Of a DNA stretch of 64,000 nucleotides, positions 63,764 to 64,000 are shown in pieces; within the stretch, counting starts at the first letter, position 1, and every line of letters starts with the position of its first letter. Origin of the DNA: Diplonema japonicum (taxonomy: Eukaryota; Protista; Euglenozoa: Diplonemea). The stretch covers positions 124,001 to 188,000 of the forward strand of contig OZ025721.1 of the NCBI GenBank assembly GCA_964019335.1, read 5' to 3'. The notes beneath the pieces were generated by a model. It did no database searches and was not told the DNA's origin. It worked only from the letters and a program-made list of their open reading frames with translations. The position numbers were made by a program, and so were the translations under genes.

Positions 63764-64000
63764 CCCCTAGGCCCGGAGCCTATCTACGGTGCCCCCCCAT
63801 TTTCGTTGTTGCTTTAAATACTCAAAAAAAGGGCAGCATGCAACCATAGGAAGGTGCAAGGAAAGGGTAAACGGTACTAAAATTTTCAATTCCAGGTGCC
63901 AGATTCAGATGAGAACACTTAACTATGTGTGTAAGAGGGGGATTAAAGGTGTACTTTTTATGTCCGATTTTGGGGGGTCTTGTCGTGGGGGGTCCGTGGA
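63764..64000 (-). mobile_element. End of another copy of the 58114 piggyBac family, extends beyond window
   Basis: 63764-63833 matches 58114-58184. Confidence 0.75.

Overview
Eukaryotic genomic DNA, probably a euglenozoan protist such as a diplonemid. This is inferred from all recognisable host genes lying on the + strand, few short GT-AG introns, long A/T homopolymers and Ingi-like retroelements. 1-28.5 kb is a small tRNA cluster (His, Asp, Asp) inflated by at least eight non-LTR retrotransposon insertions (APE-RT-RNase H, 2A-like peptides). They belong to several families, sit at fixed distances upstream of the tRNA genes (-11, -15, about -77) and can be ordered in time from their target-site duplications. 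Families A and B join ORF1 to ORF2 in frame across a single UGA with a conserved coding linker, which suggests programmed readthrough. 28.5-64 kb is a unidirectional gene cluster: C5 DNA methyltransferase, PHO80-type cyclin, FYVE, multi-cold-shock, iodotyrosine deiodinase-like, TPR, secreted repeat protein, kinesin, tRNA-Asn, two Snf7, DnaJ and cysteine synthase. It is interspersed with Crypton-like tyrosine-recombinase elements, piggyBac relics, TIR elements, a three-copy short element headed by an HDV-like ribozyme and a three-copy 41-bp motif. All calls are by eye; no searches or folding programs were run.
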